Positions 36,237-40,072 of a stretch of 40,072 nt of DNA are shown one piece after another. Numbering within the stretch: position 1 is the first letter of the stretch; each line of letters begins with the position of its first letter. A program made the position numbers and the translations under genes. Source of the DNA: Chthoniobacteraceae bacterium (lineage in GTDB: Bacteria; Verrucomicrobiota; Verrucomicrobiia; Chthoniobacterales; Chthoniobacteraceae); the NCBI GenBank assembly GCA_031409335.1, contig JANNWY010000245.1, forward strand, positions 1 through 40,072. Direction: 5' to 3'. The notes under the pieces were generated by a model. The model made no database searches. It was given only the letters and a program-made list of their open reading frames with translations, and was not told the DNA's origin.

Positions 36237-37127
36237 ATGAAAAAAATCATCCTCAGCACTTTCACCGTCGCCCTCGCCGCGAACGCCGCCCACGCACAGC
36301 TATCCGCCTACACACCGGAGCGGAATCAACTCATCGCCAGTGTCGCCTACCAGTATCAGCGCTACGACGAATTCTGGGCAGGCACTAACAGCGTCTCGCT
36401 CAAACTAGCCACTGGCTTCCGCGAGCAGCAGCAGCACTCGACCTTTCTCACCCTCGAGTACGGCATCCTCGATGACCTCGCGCTCGATGTCACCGTCGGC
36501 TATTCGTGGGCCACATTTGTGGGTGGCCCCGGCAATGATCTCACCGATGACGGACTCACCGACACCTCCTTTGGCCTGCGCTACCGCGCGATCGACGAAC
36601 GCAAGTTCGCGTGGCTACCCACCGTCACGCTGCGCGTCGGTGGCATCGTCAATGGCACCTACGATGACGCGTTTCCCTTCTCATCCGGCGACGGTGCGGA
36701 TGCCATCGAAACCTCCGCGCTCCTCGCGAAGCAGCTCTGCCCCGGCCTCGGCCTCTACGGCGAGATCGGCTACCGCTGGCGGAACAACGACGTGCCCGAT
36801 GACCTTTTCGGAGCCGTCGGCCTCGCCGTGACCTACATCAAGGACGTAACCCTCAGCGTTGGCTACCGCCACACCGAGGGTCAGTCCGGCCCCGACATCG
36901 GCTCGCCCGGATTCGGCGTCGATTTCGGATTCCCGCAGGTAAAAGAAGTCGATCAACGCATCGAAGCCAGCCTCGGCTACACCGATGGCGGCGGACGCAA
37001 CTACTCGCTCTACTTTGCGCAAACCCTCGTCGGCCAGAACACCGGTGAGAAGTCGATCTTCGGCCTCTCCGTTTCAATTCCGTTCGGCGGGAGCGGCCCC
37101 GAGCCGTCGCCTTCCTACAAAAAGTAA
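36237..37127 (+). CDS. Outer-membrane beta-barrel (MetA-pathway/SphA-like transporter family)
   Basis: Signal peptide MKKIIL...AAHA; alternating strands (LTLEYGILDDLALDV, GLTDTSFGLRY, TVTLRVGG, GLSVSIPF). Confidence 0.75.
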   Translation: MKKIILSTFTVALAANAAHAQLSAYTPERNQLIASVAYQYQRYDEFWAGTNSVSLKLATGFREQQQHSTFLTLEYGILDDLALDVTVGYSWATFVGGPGNDLTDDGLTDTSFGLRYRAIDERKFAWLPTVTLRVGGIVNGTYDDAFPFSSGDGADAIETSALLAKQLCPGLGLYGEIGYRWRNNDVPDDLFGAVGLAVTYIKDVTLSVGYRHTEGQSGPDIGSPGFGVDFGFPQVKEVDQRIEASLGYTDGGGRNYSLYFAQTLVGQNTGEKSIFGLSVSIPFGGSGPEPSPSYKK

Positions 37128-38359
37128 AAGGGTCACCAGACCTAGTTCGAGAATCCGAACCCAGTCTGGCAGTTCATACGCTGCCAGGCTGGGTTCACTC
37201 GCGTACAGGCCATGCGCATAGCTCAGCGTCACCACCGCCAGCGCACCCATGCCCCACGCGGAAGGGCGCAGCACCACGAAGGGCAGCAGCGCCAGCAGAT
37301 ACCAGGGATTCACCACCGCGCTCAGTAGGAAAAAGAAGCCGAAGACCAAGTCGCCGCGGGGAAGTTCCGTGGCCGGACCAGGCCTGTGCCACCAGCGCCA
37401 AAGCAGCATCCCCCAGATCATCGCGAATGCCGCGAGCGTGGTGCCCTTCGCAATGCTCCCGCTGGTGAAGTACGCAAGCGCTGCGAACACCGTCGAGTTG
37501 AATTCCCAATCGCCCGACATCGCCCGCAGCCCCGCCAGATCGGCGGCGCTGCCTTGCAACCAAAACGGCAAATACGCCGCGGCGAAAACACCGAGCGCCA
37601 GCACGCGATATTTCCAAGCCGCACGCACCAGCAGGAACGGCACGATCAGCACCGCGAAGATTTTCGTCGCGAGCGCCAGCCCGCAGCACACCGCCATCCG
37701 CGCGGCATTTCCTTTTGAGAAAAAACAAAGCGCCGCGACAAGAAAGAACACCCACAACGAATCGGGATGCGCCGTAAACGCCGTCTCCTGAATGAGCAGC
37801 GGACACCACGCGTAAAGCAGCGCGTGACGCGGCGGTGCGAGCCTTAGGAGCAGCGCCAGCGTCAGCAAATCCGCCACGAGCAGGATGAGCTTCCACGGCC
37901 ACAACTTCGCGGGCGCAATCAGGTGCGACAGCGCGAACGCATACTGGCAAACCGGCGCATAGATCGTGGACACATCCGGATTGTTGATTTCATCGAGCAC
38001 GCGCTGAAACGGTCCCGGCACCGTCTTGTCCGCGAAATGAGCCGCCGGTGCGGTCGCGTATGGATTTCCCGAAACGACCAACTGTCGCCCATCCCAAAGG
38101 TAGCGCGCCCAATCATCCTCCAGCAGCGGCTCGCCGAAAAATCCCGCGGCACGAAACAGCACGCCCCAAAACCAAACGGCCGGCAACACCTGCGCCGGTC
38201 TCATTTCCCCCGCGCACCACCACGCAGCGCCGAGCAACGCCCAAGCGATCCCGACCGCACCGAACAACATCGCGAGACTGACATTCCCCCGCGAAACGAG
38301 AGCCAGCCAACTCCACACTCCGAACGCCAGCGCGCCAGCGCTGTGCAATGCCGCAAACT

Positions 38360-38363
<4 letters not shown>
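37074..38363 (-). CDS. GT-C fold membrane glycosyltransferase (GT87/mannosyltransferase-like)
   Basis: Polytopic; LEDDWARYLWDG, TIYAP, YAWCPL, AHPD, ATK, WEFNS, VNPWY; start 38363 overlaps the upstream stop (ATGA). Confidence 0.82.

Positions 38364-40072
<1,709 letters not shown>

Overview
A 40 kb, GC-rich bacterial chromosomal segment, most likely from a Verrucomicrobiota genome (Chthoniobacterales-like). This is inferred from protein families, C-terminal domains and heptamer/REP repeats, not from a marker gene. It holds about 30 densely packed CDSs. Housekeeping genes: glmS (3' part), Hsp15, L,D-transpeptidase, manA, yggS, lipB, ruvC, GST and TatD. Envelope and glycan genes: a CslA-like GT2, a TIGR04282-type GT, a GT87-like GT-C and an FtsX-type permease. 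Also present are a secreted S8 protease, a ZnuD-like TonB receptor with a 7-1-7 operator, a GH42-like hydrolase and a REPIN. No rRNA, tRNA, CRISPR array or transposase was seen. The most notable items are: (1) a c-di-AMP (ydaO-type) riboswitch leading a long repeat-containing SPFH/flotillin gene; (2) directly after that gene, a ~170-nt structured non-coding element resembling the raiA-motif RNA, lying at a sharp local strand-asymmetry switch; (3) a translationally coupled four-gene envelope operon ending in a 1199-aa protein that fuses secretin-type N-domains to a TlpA thioredoxin; (4) a module of a secreted vanadium haloperoxidase, a heme-less cytochrome-c-like protein and a beta-barrel. All family calls come from motif recognition by eye; no searches were run.
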